NCBI GenBank assembly: GCA_965203315.1
Contig: OZ241857.1
Span: 1,248,001 to 1,312,000, forward strand
Length of the DNA stretch: 64,000 nucleotides
Source: Nitrosopumilus sp.
Lineage (GTDB): Archaea; Thermoproteota; Nitrososphaeria; Nitrososphaerales; Nitrosopumilaceae
Direction: 5' to 3'
Part shown: in pieces, positions 19,483 to 30,363 of the stretch
How positions within the stretch are numbered: position 1 is the first letter of the stretch
Layout: each line of letters starts with the position of its first letter
Position numbers and translations under genes: made by a program
The notes under the pieces: generated by a model
The model's database searches: none
Told to the model about the DNA's origin: nothing
Seen by the model: the letters and a program-made list of their open reading frames with translations, nothing else

Positions 19483-21639
19483 TTATTTCATAGTTTTATC
19501 ACTATTTAGAGTAAGTGATGTGTCTGTATTTTGTGGTTTTACTTTAGAGATGGCATCTAGCATATCTTGATGAGTAATCTTGATTTCTTTGAGATCGTCC
19601 GAATTTGTACCTATGTGTCGTTTTAGAGCAAGTATTGCAGCTCGGTTTGCGACTGCAGCAATCTCTGCTCCACTAAATCCGGATGTCAACTTGGAGAGTG
19701 TTTCAATATCAACATTCTCTGCTAGTGGTTTCTTTTTTGTGTGAATCTCAAATATGTGACGGCGACCTTGTGCATCAGGATTCGGAACGTTAATGATTCG
19801 ATCAAATCTACCTGGACGGAGTACTGCCTCATCAATTAAATCGAGTCGATTAGTAGCCCCGATTATCAGGACATTACGGAGTTCTTCTAAACCATCTATC
19901 TCGGTTAGTATCTGTGATACAACATTCTCAGATACATGAGATGAATCTCCAGATGATCGTCTAGGAATTAGGGCATCAACCTCATCTAGAAACACGATGC
20001 ATGGTGCAGCTTGACGTGCCTTTCTAAATATAGCTCGCACTCCCTTCTCAGACTCGCCTACCCATTTTGATAAGAGTTCAGGACCCTTTACGCTGATAAA
20101 GTTAGAGTCAGTCATATTTGCGACAGCCTTTGCGATAAGAGTCTTGCCTGTACCAGGTGGGCCATACAATAGAATGCCTTTTGGAGATGTAACATCAACA
20201 TACTCAAACGCAGTTCTGTGTCTGATAGGCCATTCGATCGCTTCATGTAACTCTTCTTTGAGATCCTCTAAACCGCCGACATCGTCCCAAGTGACATCGG
20301 GCGTCTGTACTTGTACTTCACGTAGTGCACTTGGTCTGATCTCGTTTAACGCAACTTCAAAATCATCGGTAGTAATCTTGATCTTTGCCAATATATCAGC
20401 AGAGATCTCTGTCTCATCTAGATCGATCTCTGGAAGAACACGACGTAATGAACGCATGGCTGCCTCTTTTGCAAGGATCTCTAGATCGGCACCTACAAAA
20501 CCGTGTGTTCTTTTGGATATGACATCTAGATCGACTGTGTCATCGAGTGGCATGCCTTTAGTATGAATTGCAAGGATATCTAATCTGCCGGTTTGGTCTG
20601 GGATACCTATCTCGATCTCGCGATCAAATCGTCCCGGTCTCCGTAGTGCGGGATCTATAGAGTCTGGTCTATTTGTCGCAGCTATGACGACGACTTTTCC
20701 ACGAGATTTAATTCCATCCATCAGTGTCAACAGCTGTGAGACTATTCTCTTCTCTACTTCTCCCGATATCTCGTCTCGTTTCGGTGCAATCGAGTCAATC
20801 TCGTCGATAAAGACTATACTTGGTGCATTAGTCTCAGCCTGAGTGAATATCTCACGTATGCGCTCTTCACTCTCACCATAATACTTGCCCATAATCTCCG
20901 GTCCTGATAGTGAGATAAAATGAGCGTTGGTCTCGCCGGCTACTGCCTTTGCAAGTAAGGTCTTACCTGTACCAGGTGGACCATACAACAAGACACCTTT
21001 TGGTGCTTCAACTCCAATCTTCTCAAAGAGTTCTGGGTGTCGCATCGGTAATTCGATCATCTCTCTGATCTTCTGAACCTCGTTCTTTAGACCGCCCAGT
21101 TCGTCATATGTAACACGAGGTATAGAAGCATCCACTGCTTTGGTCATCTGACCTAGTTTGAATTCAGTATCCTCTGTAACGATTACTGGTTTGGTAGGAT
21201 TTGTACTAGTTACAACAAATTGTACACGTCCTCCCATCTGCGTACTCAGAGAGACAGAGTCGCCGGTAGTAAAGACATGATTCATGTAGTTTAGATGCAT
21301 GTATGTTTGTAGACCTTCAGCTACAATCTTTTCAGTTGGTGATAGTGTAATACTTTTAGCTGGTACCACTTCAACCGTCTTTATCGATACTTTGTCGCCA
21401 ATACCACCGCCTATATTCTGTCGTGTAATGCCGTCAATCCTAATCACACCAGAACCATACTCTTCGGTGGGAGCAGGCCATAGTTTTACGTGCGTCTTTT
21501 TGTTGTGTGTGATCTCTAGTATCTGGCCTGTACTCCATCCATGTTCTTCTATGATCTTTGGATCAACTATTCCTCTACCCATCCCAACATGTTGTCGTGG
21601 AATCTCATCAATCTTTAAAATAATATCACTCATTATCAT
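19483..21639 (-). CDS. cdc48: CDC48/VCP-family AAA+ ATPase
   Basis: N-domain plus two AAA modules (GPPGTGKT twice, DEID/DEVD, RPGRFDR twice). Confidence 0.95.
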   Translation of the reverse strand: MIMSDIILKIDEIPRQHVGMGRGIVDPKIIEEHGWSTGQILEITHNKKTHVKLWPAPTEEYGSGVIRIDGITRQNIGGGIGDKVSIKTVEVVPAKSITLSPTEKIVAEGLQTYMHLNYMNHVFTTGDSVSLSTQMGGRVQFVVTSTNPTKPVIVTEDTEFKLGQMTKAVDASIPRVTYDELGGLKNEVQKIREMIELPMRHPELFEKIGVEAPKGVLLYGPPGTGKTLLAKAVAGETNAHFISLSGPEIMGKYYGESEERIREIFTQAETNAPSIVFIDEIDSIAPKRDEISGEVEKRIVSQLLTLMDGIKSRGKVVVIAATNRPDSIDPALRRPGRFDREIEIGIPDQTGRLDILAIHTKGMPLDDTVDLDVISKRTHGFVGADLEILAKEAAMRSLRRVLPEIDLDETEISADILAKIKITTDDFEVALNEIRPSALREVQVQTPDVTWDDVGGLEDLKEELHEAIEWPIRHRTAFEYVDVTSPKGILLYGPPGTGKTLIAKAVANMTDSNFISVKGPELLSKWVGESEKGVRAIFRKARQAAPCIVFLDEVDALIPRRSSGDSSHVSENVVSQILTEIDGLEELRNVLIIGATNRLDLIDEAVLRPGRFDRIINVPNPDAQGRRHIFEIHTKKKPLAENVDIETLSKLTSGFSGAEIAAVANRAAILALKRHIGTNSDDLKEIKITHQDMLDAISKVKPQNTDTSLTLNSDKTMK

Positions 21640-21665
21640 TTCACCATAAACAAAAAAAGTAGAGG

Positions 21666-22142
21666 TTAGTTTACCTCCACCACTCTACCAGTAGGTCGCT
21701 CTTTAGTCAAGTTGAAGACAATCTCCAAGATACCGTTCTTGTAAGTTGCCTTTGCCGACTTTTCATCGACCTCTTTTGTGAGAGAAACTTTTGTTTGATA
21801 CTTTTTGCCGTCACGCTCTGCTGTAATCTTGACAGTCTGATTCTCGACTGTAATCTTGACATCGCTCTTCTCAACGCCTGGTATCTCAGCGACGAGTTTG
21901 AGGAGTCCTGCTTTGTCATCAACTATTCTGTCGACTAGTGGCTCCCGTGTATCAGACTCCAAAGACGTCCCTGGTCTGACATTACCATACTCTTTGATGA
22001 CAGGTCGTCCGTCTGGACCAATCGTCATTGTGTATCCGTAATAGTAGGGCATGGCACTGGTAAAGTCTCTCTCTAGTCCCTCATTGTCAAAGAATGATCT
22101 GGACATTCTTTTGAAGAACCGTTCTATCTCGTTGTCGAACAT
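21666..22142 (-). CDS. hsp20: Small heat shock protein Hsp20
   Basis: [35 protein letters not shown]. Confidence 0.93.
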   Translation of the reverse strand: MFDNEIERFFKRMSRSFFDNEGLERDFTSAMPYYYGYTMTIGPDGRPVIKEYGNVRPGTSLESDTREPLVDRIVDDKAGLLKLVAEIPGVEKSDVKITVENQTVKITAERDGKKYQTKVSLTKEVDEKSAKATYKNGILEIVFNLTKERPTGRVVEVN

Positions 22143-22160
22143 GTCATATTCACCTATCTA

Positions 22161-22178
22161 ATGTAATGTATATTACAT
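22161..22178. promoter_or_regulatory. Palindrome ATGTAAT-N4-ATTACAT in hsp20 promoter
   Basis: Perfect 7-bp inverted repeat between the TATA-like sequence and hsp20 start. Confidence 0.45.
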
Positions 22179-22255
22179 AATATAAAGCTTAATGATATAT
22201 TCTATATTTATTACAAAAATGCTAGTATATATAATAAATTTTAACACAATGTAAT

Positions 22256-22909
22256 ATGAGACCAAGTATGTCGATCCCAGAGGTTGTAAGGGAGATGGTA
22301 ACTAGACATCGTTCTATCCATGACTGCATGAAGATGGATCTGATAAATTATACTGCGCTAGCTGTAAAACTTCAACCCGAGATCGAGAGGATCTTGGATC
22401 ATCCTGTGAATCTCAATACGGTCGTGGTTGCAATAAAGCGATATGCCGACTCTTTTGAGGACGAGGATGAGATTAAAGAAGACTCGATCTTGAAGAATGC
22501 TCGGCTAGTTCTAACCGATGGAATAATGGATGTAAAGTTCTCGAACAAGGATGACATAGACGCTGGAACAATTTTAGATAGATTTTCAAAGATTACAGAC
22601 AACTATGAATTCTTTAGACTGTCCGACTCGATCAGATTTTTGACCGAAGACATTGATGATGTCAGAGAGATCTTTAACGATGTTGTAAAACATAGTGACA
22701 TGTTTAATACCGGACTTGCAAAGATTCGTATCTCGATTCCCCATGCTAGACAATCTGATGTAGTCTCTTATGTAGCAGGAATTCTTCACACAAATGGGAT
22801 CGAGATAGCAAATGCGTTCTTCGCACAAGACAGTATAATCGTTGTATTGTACGACAGAGATGCAGCAAGAGCATATGATATACTTCGCTCAGATATTGTA
22901 CGAAGTTAG
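22256..22909 (+). CDS. ACT-domain-containing protein with N-terminal helical/HTH-like region
   Basis: DLINYTALA...VVVAIKRY N-terminus; C-terminal ACT fold (VVSYVAGILHTNGIEI). Confidence 0.75.
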   Translation: MRPSMSIPEVVREMVTRHRSIHDCMKMDLINYTALAVKLQPEIERILDHPVNLNTVVVAIKRYADSFEDEDEIKEDSILKNARLVLTDGIMDVKFSNKDDIDAGTILDRFSKITDNYEFFRLSDSIRFLTEDIDDVREIFNDVVKHSDMFNTGLAKIRISIPHARQSDVVSYVAGILHTNGIEIANAFFAQDSIIVVLYDRDAARAYDILRSDIVRS

Positions 22910-22982
22910 TGAATTTCAGTTTGGATGTAGTTTAGAATATTAAATATTCTTATAGTATGCGTCTTGTTTAAAAACGAAAAGA

Positions 22983-24317
22983 TTGGCAAAACGTAAAAAG
23001 ATCTTAATTCTAGGTGGAGGGTTTGCTGGAGTTAAATGCACTCAAATTTTAGAGGACGAGTTTGGAAATGATCCCAACGTCGAGATAACGATGGTGAGTG
23101 AAGATAACTTTTGGTTGTTCACACCAATGTTACCTCAAGTTGCATCTGGTATGATCTCAACCAGACATATCATTATGCCAATTAGAACTATATGTAAAAA
23201 GATAACATTCTATGAAGGTAGAATCAAGAATATCGATCCCTACGGAAAGATTGTAACTTTGTGGGGGACCGGGTATAAACGAAGCATGTCACTCGAGTAT
23301 GACTTTCTTGTAATTGCTTTAGGTAGTGAGACTAACTTTTTCGGAATGTCTGATGTTGAAAAGAATGCACATACGATGAAGACATTGAACGATGCAGTAG
23401 TTTTGCGTAACCATGTAATAGATATGTTGGAACAAGCTGACAATATGGTTAATCCGATCCTTCGTAAGAGTCTCCTAAACTTTACAATAGTTGGCGGGGG
23501 ATTTGCAGGGATAGAGACAGCTGGCGAGTTGATGGATCTATTACTAGATGCACGAAAGTACTATTCTACGATTCGTAAAGAAGAGATAAAGGTTGTCGTG
23601 ATTGAGGCAGGCGATATAATTCTTCGCGGTTTTGATAAAGAGCTGTCCAATTTTGCACAAGAAAAGATGATAGAGCACGGAATAGATGTCAAATTGAATA
23701 CAGCTGTGAATAGTTTCGATGGAAGTGAGATCATAACAAAGGAACGAGGTAAAGAAGAGATCAAACATGTAATAAATTCAAAGACTATGATCTGGACTGC
23801 TGGTGTAACACCAGTGAATACGATCAAGAGATCGTTGTTCAAGACGGATCATGGAAAGTTGGTTGTAAATGAGCACCTCGAGTTGCCAGACTTTCCAGGC
23901 GTCTTTGCGATAGGAGACTGTTCACAGTTTGTTGATCCTGTTACAGCAAGACCGCTTCCTCCTACTGCGCAAGTTGCCGAGTCGGAGGGAAAGACTGTCG
24001 CGAAGAATTTGATCGCGACAATCAAGGGTACTGAGAGACATAAATTCGAGTACACATCTAGAGGACAGATGGCCATAATTGGCAAGCGTACAGGGATTGC
24101 AAAGTTTCTGGGGATACGCCTCTCTGGATTTCTAGCGTGGTGGGTTTGGCGAAATGTCTATCTTAACAAGATTCCAACTTTTGATAAGAAGGTCAGAGTT
24201 GTTATTGACTGGACTATAGATCTGCTCTTCACTAGAGATATCTCGAGACTCAAGATAATAAAGCGCGATCAGGAGAAAGAGTACAAGGTTCTTGACGAGG
24301 TCGATGATCTTTGGTGA
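22983..24317 (+). CDS. ndh: Type II NADH dehydrogenase-like FAD oxidoreductase
   Basis: ILGGGFAG, FTPMLPQVASG, IVGGGFAGIETAGE, FAIGD, PPTAQVA. Confidence 0.88.
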   Translation: MAKRKKILILGGGFAGVKCTQILEDEFGNDPNVEITMVSEDNFWLFTPMLPQVASGMISTRHIIMPIRTICKKITFYEGRIKNIDPYGKIVTLWGTGYKRSMSLEYDFLVIALGSETNFFGMSDVEKNAHTMKTLNDAVVLRNHVIDMLEQADNMVNPILRKSLLNFTIVGGGFAGIETAGELMDLLLDARKYYSTIRKEEIKVVVIEAGDIILRGFDKELSNFAQEKMIEHGIDVKLNTAVNSFDGSEIITKERGKEEIKHVINSKTMIWTAGVTPVNTIKRSLFKTDHGKLVVNEHLELPDFPGVFAIGDCSQFVDPVTARPLPPTAQVAESEGKTVAKNLIATIKGTERHKFEYTSRGQMAIIGKRTGIAKFLGIRLSGFLAWWVWRNVYLNKIPTFDKKVRVVIDWTIDLLFTRDISRLKIIKRDQEKEYKVLDEVDDLW

Positions 24318-25815
24318 TACCGTATACCTTGTAGATTATAACAGCTGGTATGCCAATGTACATTCCCATATTCAAGAGTATTACTCCAATTCCATACCCA
24401 AGAACTTTGGATTCCGAGTCGGCGTGTTCCATTATATGTAGAGTTGAGAGTAGTGGGGCAATGTATGCTCTAGTTAGTTCTCTAAGTATAGGACTCGTAC
24501 GTTCTAGATCAGCGACTGTAGGTGAAAAGAGATAGTACACCTGATTAAATCCGCTCATGAATGCTGCGCCAGAGTTGGTAGCCAAGAGTGTGCCATCGCG
24601 AATCTCACGTAGTCTCTGTACTTGAGGAGCGAGTTCTGAGCCAAACACTGCAGTTGCTACAAGGCAACCACCACCGTCTGTCGATGTTGTTGTTTCTACT
24701 GGATCATCAACTAATAACGCAAAAGACTCGATGGTCTCTGTAAATCTTGATTCGTTGAAATCATAGTCGTCGATCACATTTGCATATGTTATTGTGTATA
24801 CTCTTTCGGCAGTATGGATAGTTACCTCTCCAAACTTTATGTTGGTAGACTGTTCATTGAGTACTGAACTACTCTCTGCCGTAATCTGATATGCGTCATA
24901 TCCATTGATAGTTGTACTCTCTCTTGAGAGGATCGTTAGTATGTTAGAGTCTATAGCTTGTTGGAGTTCTGCCTCTTTTTCAGATACGATATCGTCTAGA
25001 GTTCGTTGATCTGTAGATTCTACGGTAAGTGATATTAGTGGAGGTATGATTCCGGTTTGAGGCCCTACTGCTATAACGTCTGGTTCGTTAGGATTTGTTT
25101 TATTGTGTGATTGTAATAACCATCCAGCAGGCATCACCAACGATATGTTGTGTTCTTCACTCTCATACTTTTGACTAGTGGTAGAATCCATAATTGTAGA
25201 TTCGATTCGTTCTGGTTCATCTAGATCGAGTAGGTCAGATGTATCTGCGCGACTCACTACATCTGCAGACATTATTCTAACCGACTCTGGATCTTGTGGT
25301 CTGTCTTGTAGTTCAGTCTCTACTCTTGCAATTGCATCCAAAGTGTCAAAACTCTCTTGTGTTACGATTCTACCAAAGACTGTATACTGTCCATCTAGAA
25401 AGTTTGAGTCTTGATGAACTATAAAGAATTGTGAGCCAGCACTGTTGGGATCTTGTGCTCTAGCCATAGAGACTATTCCTCGATTATGTTTGATATCGTT
25501 AAACTCTGCAACAAGAGGTGTGGGAGGTCCACCTTGTCCCCAAGTTTCAGGACTGCCTGAGACGGTGTTGGGATCACCACCTTGTATCATAAACCCAGGA
25601 ATAATTCTATGGAATAGTGTTCCATCATAGAAACCAGATTCGGCGAGTTCGATAAAGTTGTTAGTATGATTTGGTGCATCGTCTGGAAATAACTCGATTG
25701 TGATATCACCAAGACTCGTTTTGAGAACAACCAGCATCTCAGACTGTGCCATCGCAGATGGGGTTACGCTAGACACCACAAGAATGGTTAAGATCAATAT
25801 GAGATACGAGTACAT
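24250..25815 (-). CDS. Secreted cyclophilin-type peptidyl-prolyl isomerase with PsbP-like domain and CFI-box-CTERM
   Basis: FYDGTLFHRIIPGFMIQGGDP, SMARAQDPNSAGSQFFI; GGGCLVATAVFGSELAPQVQRLREIRD; C-terminal TM. Confidence 0.9.
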   Translation of the reverse strand: MYSYLILILTILVVSSVTPSAMAQSEMLVVLKTSLGDITIELFPDDAPNHTNNFIELAESGFYDGTLFHRIIPGFMIQGGDPNTVSGSPETWGQGGPPTPLVAEFNDIKHNRGIVSMARAQDPNSAGSQFFIVHQDSNFLDGQYTVFGRIVTQESFDTLDAIARVETELQDRPQDPESVRIMSADVVSRADTSDLLDLDEPERIESTIMDSTTSQKYESEEHNISLVMPAGWLLQSHNKTNPNEPDVIAVGPQTGIIPPLISLTVESTDQRTLDDIVSEKEAELQQAIDSNILTILSRESTTINGYDAYQITAESSSVLNEQSTNIKFGEVTIHTAERVYTITYANVIDDYDFNESRFTETIESFALLVDDPVETTTSTDGGGCLVATAVFGSELAPQVQRLREIRDGTLLATNSGAAFMSGFNQVYYLFSPTVADLERTSPILRELTRAYIAPLLSTLHIMEHADSESKVLGYGIGVILLNMGMYIGIPAVIIYKVYGITKDHRPRQEPCTLSPDRALLS

Positions 25816-25890
25816 ACCATCACAAAAACATGGCATACTTAAAAGCTATTTGTTGTTGGTTTTAATTAAAGTTGAGTAGAGGCTACATAC

Positions 25891-26382
25891 ATGGATCCTG
25901 ACGAGAAGATTCAGGCACATATAGTATCTATATGGCGAGAGTCAAAAAAGATGTTCTCAATCGGTGGTAGAGAGGGAATGTTGATTCTAACAGATAGACA
26001 TCTAATGTTTGTACATAAAACCGAAGCTAAAATGAATTGGTGGCGGGCCATTACACAGCGACAGACTGTAAACTTTATTCGATCTAGAGATACGATGATC
26101 ATTCATGATGGTTATACTGAAGAGGATTTGAGGGTTGATTTAGAGAATCCAAAGAATGTCGAGTTGGCGTTTGATGATATTACCAAGATAAGTTTTGAAG
26201 AGAAGGTTTGGGGCAGTGTATTATATTTAGAGTATCAGAAAGATGACAAATATGAAAAGTTCCAGTATGCAGTAGCTCAAGACTGGGTCAAATATCCAGC
26301 CAAAGAGCCTACCAAATACATGAAGGTTGATTGGCAACCATTTGTGCAATATATTAAAGAACGACAGCGATTTACCAATTGA
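25891..26382 (+). CDS. Hypothetical protein (PH-like fold)
   Basis: EGMLILTDRHLMFV pattern. Confidence 0.65.
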   Translation: MDPDEKIQAHIVSIWRESKKMFSIGGREGMLILTDRHLMFVHKTEAKMNWWRAITQRQTVNFIRSRDTMIIHDGYTEEDLRVDLENPKNVELAFDDITKISFEEKVWGSVLYLEYQKDDKYEKFQYAVAQDWVKYPAKEPTKYMKVDWQPFVQYIKERQRFTN

Positions 26383-27101
26383 GATTGGGTAAAGTTTATG
26401 CAGTCGGTGTGGGACCGGGCTCGCCAAAGTATGTAACAGAGATCGTATCTGATATCATCAAGAGATGTGATATCATTATAGGATATAGACATGCTTTACA
26501 TACAGTAAGAGATATCCTTGTAGGAAAAGAGACGTATTCGGTCACTATGGCAGATCAAGAAGAGATATATCAAAAAGTTCTGAAGAGTCTTGGAGGACGG
26601 AGCCTAGTTGTGTTGTTTACTGGCGACGTCAACTTTTCAGAGTCAGAGGTGGTAGACAGACTCATCGAGTTGTTTGGTGATATAGAGATAGTTCCAGGTA
26701 TCAGTTCGATCCAAGTTGCAGCTGCTAAAGCCAGAGTTCCGTTAGACAAGTCACGTGTAATCACGATGCATGTTACAACACCAATCGAAGATAAAAAGAT
26801 AGAATTGCAACAAGCATTACGTAATGGTCAGAGTGTGGTACTAGTTCCGCGACCATGGCCAAAACGACCAGATAAGCATTTTATGCCGTCAGAGATTGCT
26901 GCATACTTGAGAGAATGTGGATTTGATACCGGATCATTAAGAGTTCATGTTTATGAATCGCTTACAACAGATGATGAGACGAATTTCGTTGGGCATGTTA
27001 GAGATCTTGAGGGACGAGAGTTCTCTGATCTGTCAGTCATAGTATTCAATCAGACCAAGCTTGATTCGTACATGAATTACAAGTGGCAGTGGCAGAACTA
27101 A
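26379..27101 (+). CDS. cbiE: Precorrin-6Y/cobalt-precorrin-7 methyltransferase CbiE
   Basis: YAVGVGPGS, TGD, VPGISSIQVAAA tetrapyrrole methylase motifs. Confidence 0.85.
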   Translation: MRLGKVYAVGVGPGSPKYVTEIVSDIIKRCDIIIGYRHALHTVRDILVGKETYSVTMADQEEIYQKVLKSLGGRSLVVLFTGDVNFSESEVVDRLIELFGDIEIVPGISSIQVAAAKARVPLDKSRVITMHVTTPIEDKKIELQQALRNGQSVVLVPRPWPKRPDKHFMPSEIAAYLRECGFDTGSLRVHVYESLTTDDETNFVGHVRDLEGREFSDLSVIVFNQTKLDSYMNYKWQWQN

Positions 27102-27631
27102 ACATCAGAGATCTCTAATAGACTATCTGGGATCGATTCAATCATGAAAAACTCGATATAACCACCAGCTAGTAGTAGAATCGCTACAATTCCGATCTCG
27201 ATCATTGTGGGTTTGATCATACTCGATAACTTGGATTTTTTGATTATATTCCAGATTAAGATAAAACTCCTAGACGTTCCGAGCGAGTACGCAGACAACT
27301 CCATAATTCCAAAGGGAGTTAGAAAGAGGACTGCTGTTGGGTGAATATCAATTGCATGTAAAGACGAGATTGCAGCAAACGCAAATCCGGTTGCCCATGC
27401 AGAAAAATGACCCCAGATCATACCAAATCCTGGAATAAACATCGGTAATGCGATCGTAAGATTGTGTGTGAATATTCCAAATGCGTCGATATCTTCAACA
27501 AGTTCTTCAAACTCTTTCATAAATGATGTTGCCTCTTCTTCACTAACAGTCGACATAGAGCCTATCTGGTACGTGATAACAAATGATGCCATAAATATAA
27601 AAAAGAACACAACTCTATTCTTGTCCAACAA
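27098..27631 (-). CDS. SpoIIM-family membrane protein
   Basis: IFTHNL..ALPMFIPGFG, PFGIMEL.AY, AGGYIE. Confidence 0.8.
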   Translation of the reverse strand: MLDKNRVVFFFIFMASFVITYQIGSMSTVSEEEATSFMKEFEELVEDIDAFGIFTHNLTIALPMFIPGFGMIWGHFSAWATGFAFAAISSLHAIDIHPTAVLFLTPFGIMELSAYSLGTSRSFILIWNIIKKSKLSSMIKPTMIEIGIVAILLLAGGYIEFFMIESIPDSLLEISDV

Positions 27632-27683
27632 GAGAACGATATTTTGATTGATATTTGAGGGTTGAGTGTTAGTAGAACTGAGA

Positions 27684-27962
27684 CTAGAGTTCTAATCCAA
27701 ATGATTCTGCTAGATTTGCAAATTTTGCATAAGACTCTAGGTACTGTCTGCCTTTTGGAGTTATAACAAATGTGTTCTTGCCATCATACTCGATCTTGTT
27801 TATCAGCCCAGCGCCTGTAAGGTTAGTTAGAAATCGTGAGAGTCGGGTATGGGATAGATTGGATTTAGCCATCAGAGAGCTGATCTTGATGCCTTGTTGA
27901 CCAGAGTCTTGTGCCGCAAGCAATAGATCAGATACTATCTGAGTTGTGTTGCGATTTCCCAT
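27684..27962 (-). CDS. Winged helix-turn-helix protein
   Basis: R...QIVSDLL...KSNLSHTRL...GAGLI...FVITPKGRQYL. Confidence 0.8.
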   Translation of the reverse strand: MGNRNTTQIVSDLLLAAQDSGQQGIKISSLMAKSNLSHTRLSRFLTNLTGAGLINKIEYDGKNTFVITPKGRQYLESYAKFANLAESFGLEL

Positions 27963-28195
27963 ATACTAGCATCAATGTTCCACTATAAAAATTGTTGGAG
28001 TGAGGTTCTCAGGGGTTGGTAGTTTTCACACAAAACATCCAAAAATTTTACAAGATGAATAGTCATGTGTTGTCTATTACACATGATTGCTACAACCGAG
28101 TTGTGTAATATCCGTCTCTTGAAATAGTGTCATCTCGATCTCAACAGGATCCGTACATCAATGATTTTGACTGTAATGTGTGAGAGTCATTCCGG

Positions 28196-28816
28196 TTACC
28201 ATGGCAAACTACACTTTATAGGCTCAACATCGTCTACAACCGGAACAAGATAGCCTCGCTCCAACAGTTCTAGCACTGATGACAAGTACACTCGTACTTG
28301 TTCGCCCCTAATATTTTCGTATGTGTCTAGGGTGTCGGGATAGTCTTCAATGGTATGTGGTAAACAATGATCGGGCGTCGGGTGATTTACAATATGGTGT
28401 GGCTGTGTTGGAGGAGCTGCACCTGCTAATAATTCTACAACTGTGGAATTTTCTATATTAATTGTATATGTGCAAAAACACTTACTCTCTTCATACATAT
28501 CAGAGTCAATCTGTTGTTCGGCAGAATCCATAAGGAGAAACCAAGCATAAGATGAATCTGTTGGGAAAAATCTGGGAATTTTAATCTGTATTTCATTTGT
28601 ATATTGTGTTGTATTGAGCACTAAATTAGGATAGAATAATGGAGGATGATAATTCACGAATACATGTTCAACGTCTCCAGAGTAGTAAAAGAGATATTTG
28701 GTCTTGTTGTCTATCGGAGAATTTACACTAATAGTTTGCCAATCAGTATCAGCATGCGATACTGAGATTAGAGGAATAGATATCACGAATAGAATGATTA
28801 AAAATGTGACCGTCAA
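28196..28816 (-). CDS. Secreted hypothetical protein, translationally coupled to protease
   Basis: Signal peptide; IKIPR...YEE...INI...VELLAG and LLERGY segments resemble thaumarchaeal secreted domains; 4-nt overlap with the protease stop. Confidence 0.65.
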   Translation of the reverse strand: MTVTFLIILFVISIPLISVSHADTDWQTISVNSPIDNKTKYLFYYSGDVEHVFVNYHPPLFYPNLVLNTTQYTNEIQIKIPRFFPTDSSYAWFLLMDSAEQQIDSDMYEESKCFCTYTINIENSTVVELLAGAAPPTQPHHIVNHPTPDHCLPHTIEDYPDTLDTYENIRGEQVRVYLSSVLELLERGYLVPVVDDVEPIKCSLPW

Positions 28817-30354
28817 TGGTATGGCCTCAAGTTCAGCTCAGACATTATTTTGTCAACAGGTTCATAATAAGCAAATATCTTGCCACTATATGATTTAACA
28901 AAAAAGATTAAAACCCCAAACACTTCAGCATTAGATGTACTTCGAGAACTTGTGGATGGTTTGAATACGGGTCCTCCACTATCACCTCCTAATAAAACTG
29001 ATTGTAAAGACATTGAGACCCTATTAGTATCTGGCCATATTATTGTTATTGAACTTGTATGTACGCCACTGTTAGAACCAACTACTTTTAGCATGGTTCC
29101 AAGTACATGATCAGATGCTATGGCTAGTTCATTGATATCATATGTTCTATTTGGTGACTTGTATATATCGTCATTTATTGATACCCCTCTTGCTAGTTTG
29201 ACAAAAGCAAAGTCACATTGATTACCGTCTCGGGTTAGTTCGCCTTTATCTACACCATCAAATGTAGCACATACATCATCGCCGTTGCGTGGAATCGTGC
29301 CTATAACAGATGTGCCAGTATGTGGTTGATGCATTACAGTATTGGTTGATGATTTATATTGCACTACGTGACCGGCAGTCACGAATCCAGCATTACCATT
29401 ACTATCTTTGGCTCTAAAACCTATAGTACCAGAATGATCGTTTAGCGCATCTTTTCTACCAATTGAGATTCCACCAATTAGTGGATCACAATCTGAGGTG
29501 ATACTATTACAGCCCAATATGGTAATCTCTGCAAAGTCTATGGTAACATTATCAATTCCAAAAGTATTCAATATGTCTTGTGTAATAACTATAGAAGAGA
29601 TATCCTTTTTTGTGAGTGTTTTTTGTTTATCAATTAAAAGATAGACTTTCTTTTGCTCATGATCTACATATACAAACTCGTCACTAACAAAAATCTCATG
29701 GTTAGGATTACTGTACTTGGTGCGTAGTTTCGACTCTAAATCATACAACCTCTTCTTGTCTGCAGGATCTAGTACTAAAGATGCGATACTATCTTGCTCA
29801 ATCTCGTTCATCTGCTCGTATAAACTATCTATGAGTACCTGTCTAGACTCTGTATAGTTGCTGTATTGCAGTTCCTCAAGTGCCACAACCTGTGTGTCTA
29901 GACTAGTCCATTCTGCAAGATAGTCTCTTTCAGGTTCTATATACAAGAGTGCATTGAGTTCGTTGACAGTTTGAATATAATCTAGTTTTAGTTCTAAAAT
30001 CTTTTTACTAGAGTTTGTAGTATTGAACTCTTCATTTATTGTCTGATGTATCTCTTGTAGATCTTGATGTTTTGCCTCTATCTCTGCTGCTTTGGTATCT
30101 GTATATTCATCTGCAATTCCAACAGGTCCTACTTGATCTGCGGTATCTCTGTCTAGGCTACTATCAACTGTATATGTACTAGTGGTTTCTTTTAGTGTGT
30201 CATCAAACTGTAACTTGCGCTCTTCATGTCTATCTAGTAATTTATCATCTAGATCATCTTGACTAATTTTGGCATCGACACCACTTGCAATCAAGGGAGG
30301 TATGATCGTCACCATAACTATCAACAAGGCAGGGACTATTAATCTTCTAGTCAT
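28813..30354 (-). CDS. Secreted chymotrypsin-like (S1) serine protease with long coiled-coil pro-region
   Basis: Signal peptide; GFVTAGHV, CDFAFV, GGDSGGPV catalytic triad. Confidence 0.85.
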   Translation of the reverse strand: MTRRLIVPALLIVMVTIIPPLIASGVDAKISQDDLDDKLLDRHEERKLQFDDTLKETTSTYTVDSSLDRDTADQVGPVGIADEYTDTKAAEIEAKHQDLQEIHQTINEEFNTTNSSKKILELKLDYIQTVNELNALLYIEPERDYLAEWTSLDTQVVALEELQYSNYTESRQVLIDSLYEQMNEIEQDSIASLVLDPADKKRLYDLESKLRTKYSNPNHEIFVSDEFVYVDHEQKKVYLLIDKQKTLTKKDISSIVITQDILNTFGIDNVTIDFAEITILGCNSITSDCDPLIGGISIGRKDALNDHSGTIGFRAKDSNGNAGFVTAGHVVQYKSSTNTVMHQPHTGTSVIGTIPRNGDDVCATFDGVDKGELTRDGNQCDFAFVKLARGVSINDDIYKSPNRTYDINELAIASDHVLGTMLKVVGSNSGVHTSSITIIWPDTNRVSMSLQSVLLGGDSGGPVFKPSTSSRSTSNAEVFGVLIFFVKSYSGKIFAYYEPVDKIMSELNLRPYH

Positions 30355-30363
30355 TACTTTATC

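Noticed and set aside
24250-24317. 68-bp 3' overlap of ndh and cyclophilin genes
   Set aside because: Convergent 3' overlaps are common in this compact genome (also DP1/cdc6, cysQ/cysC)
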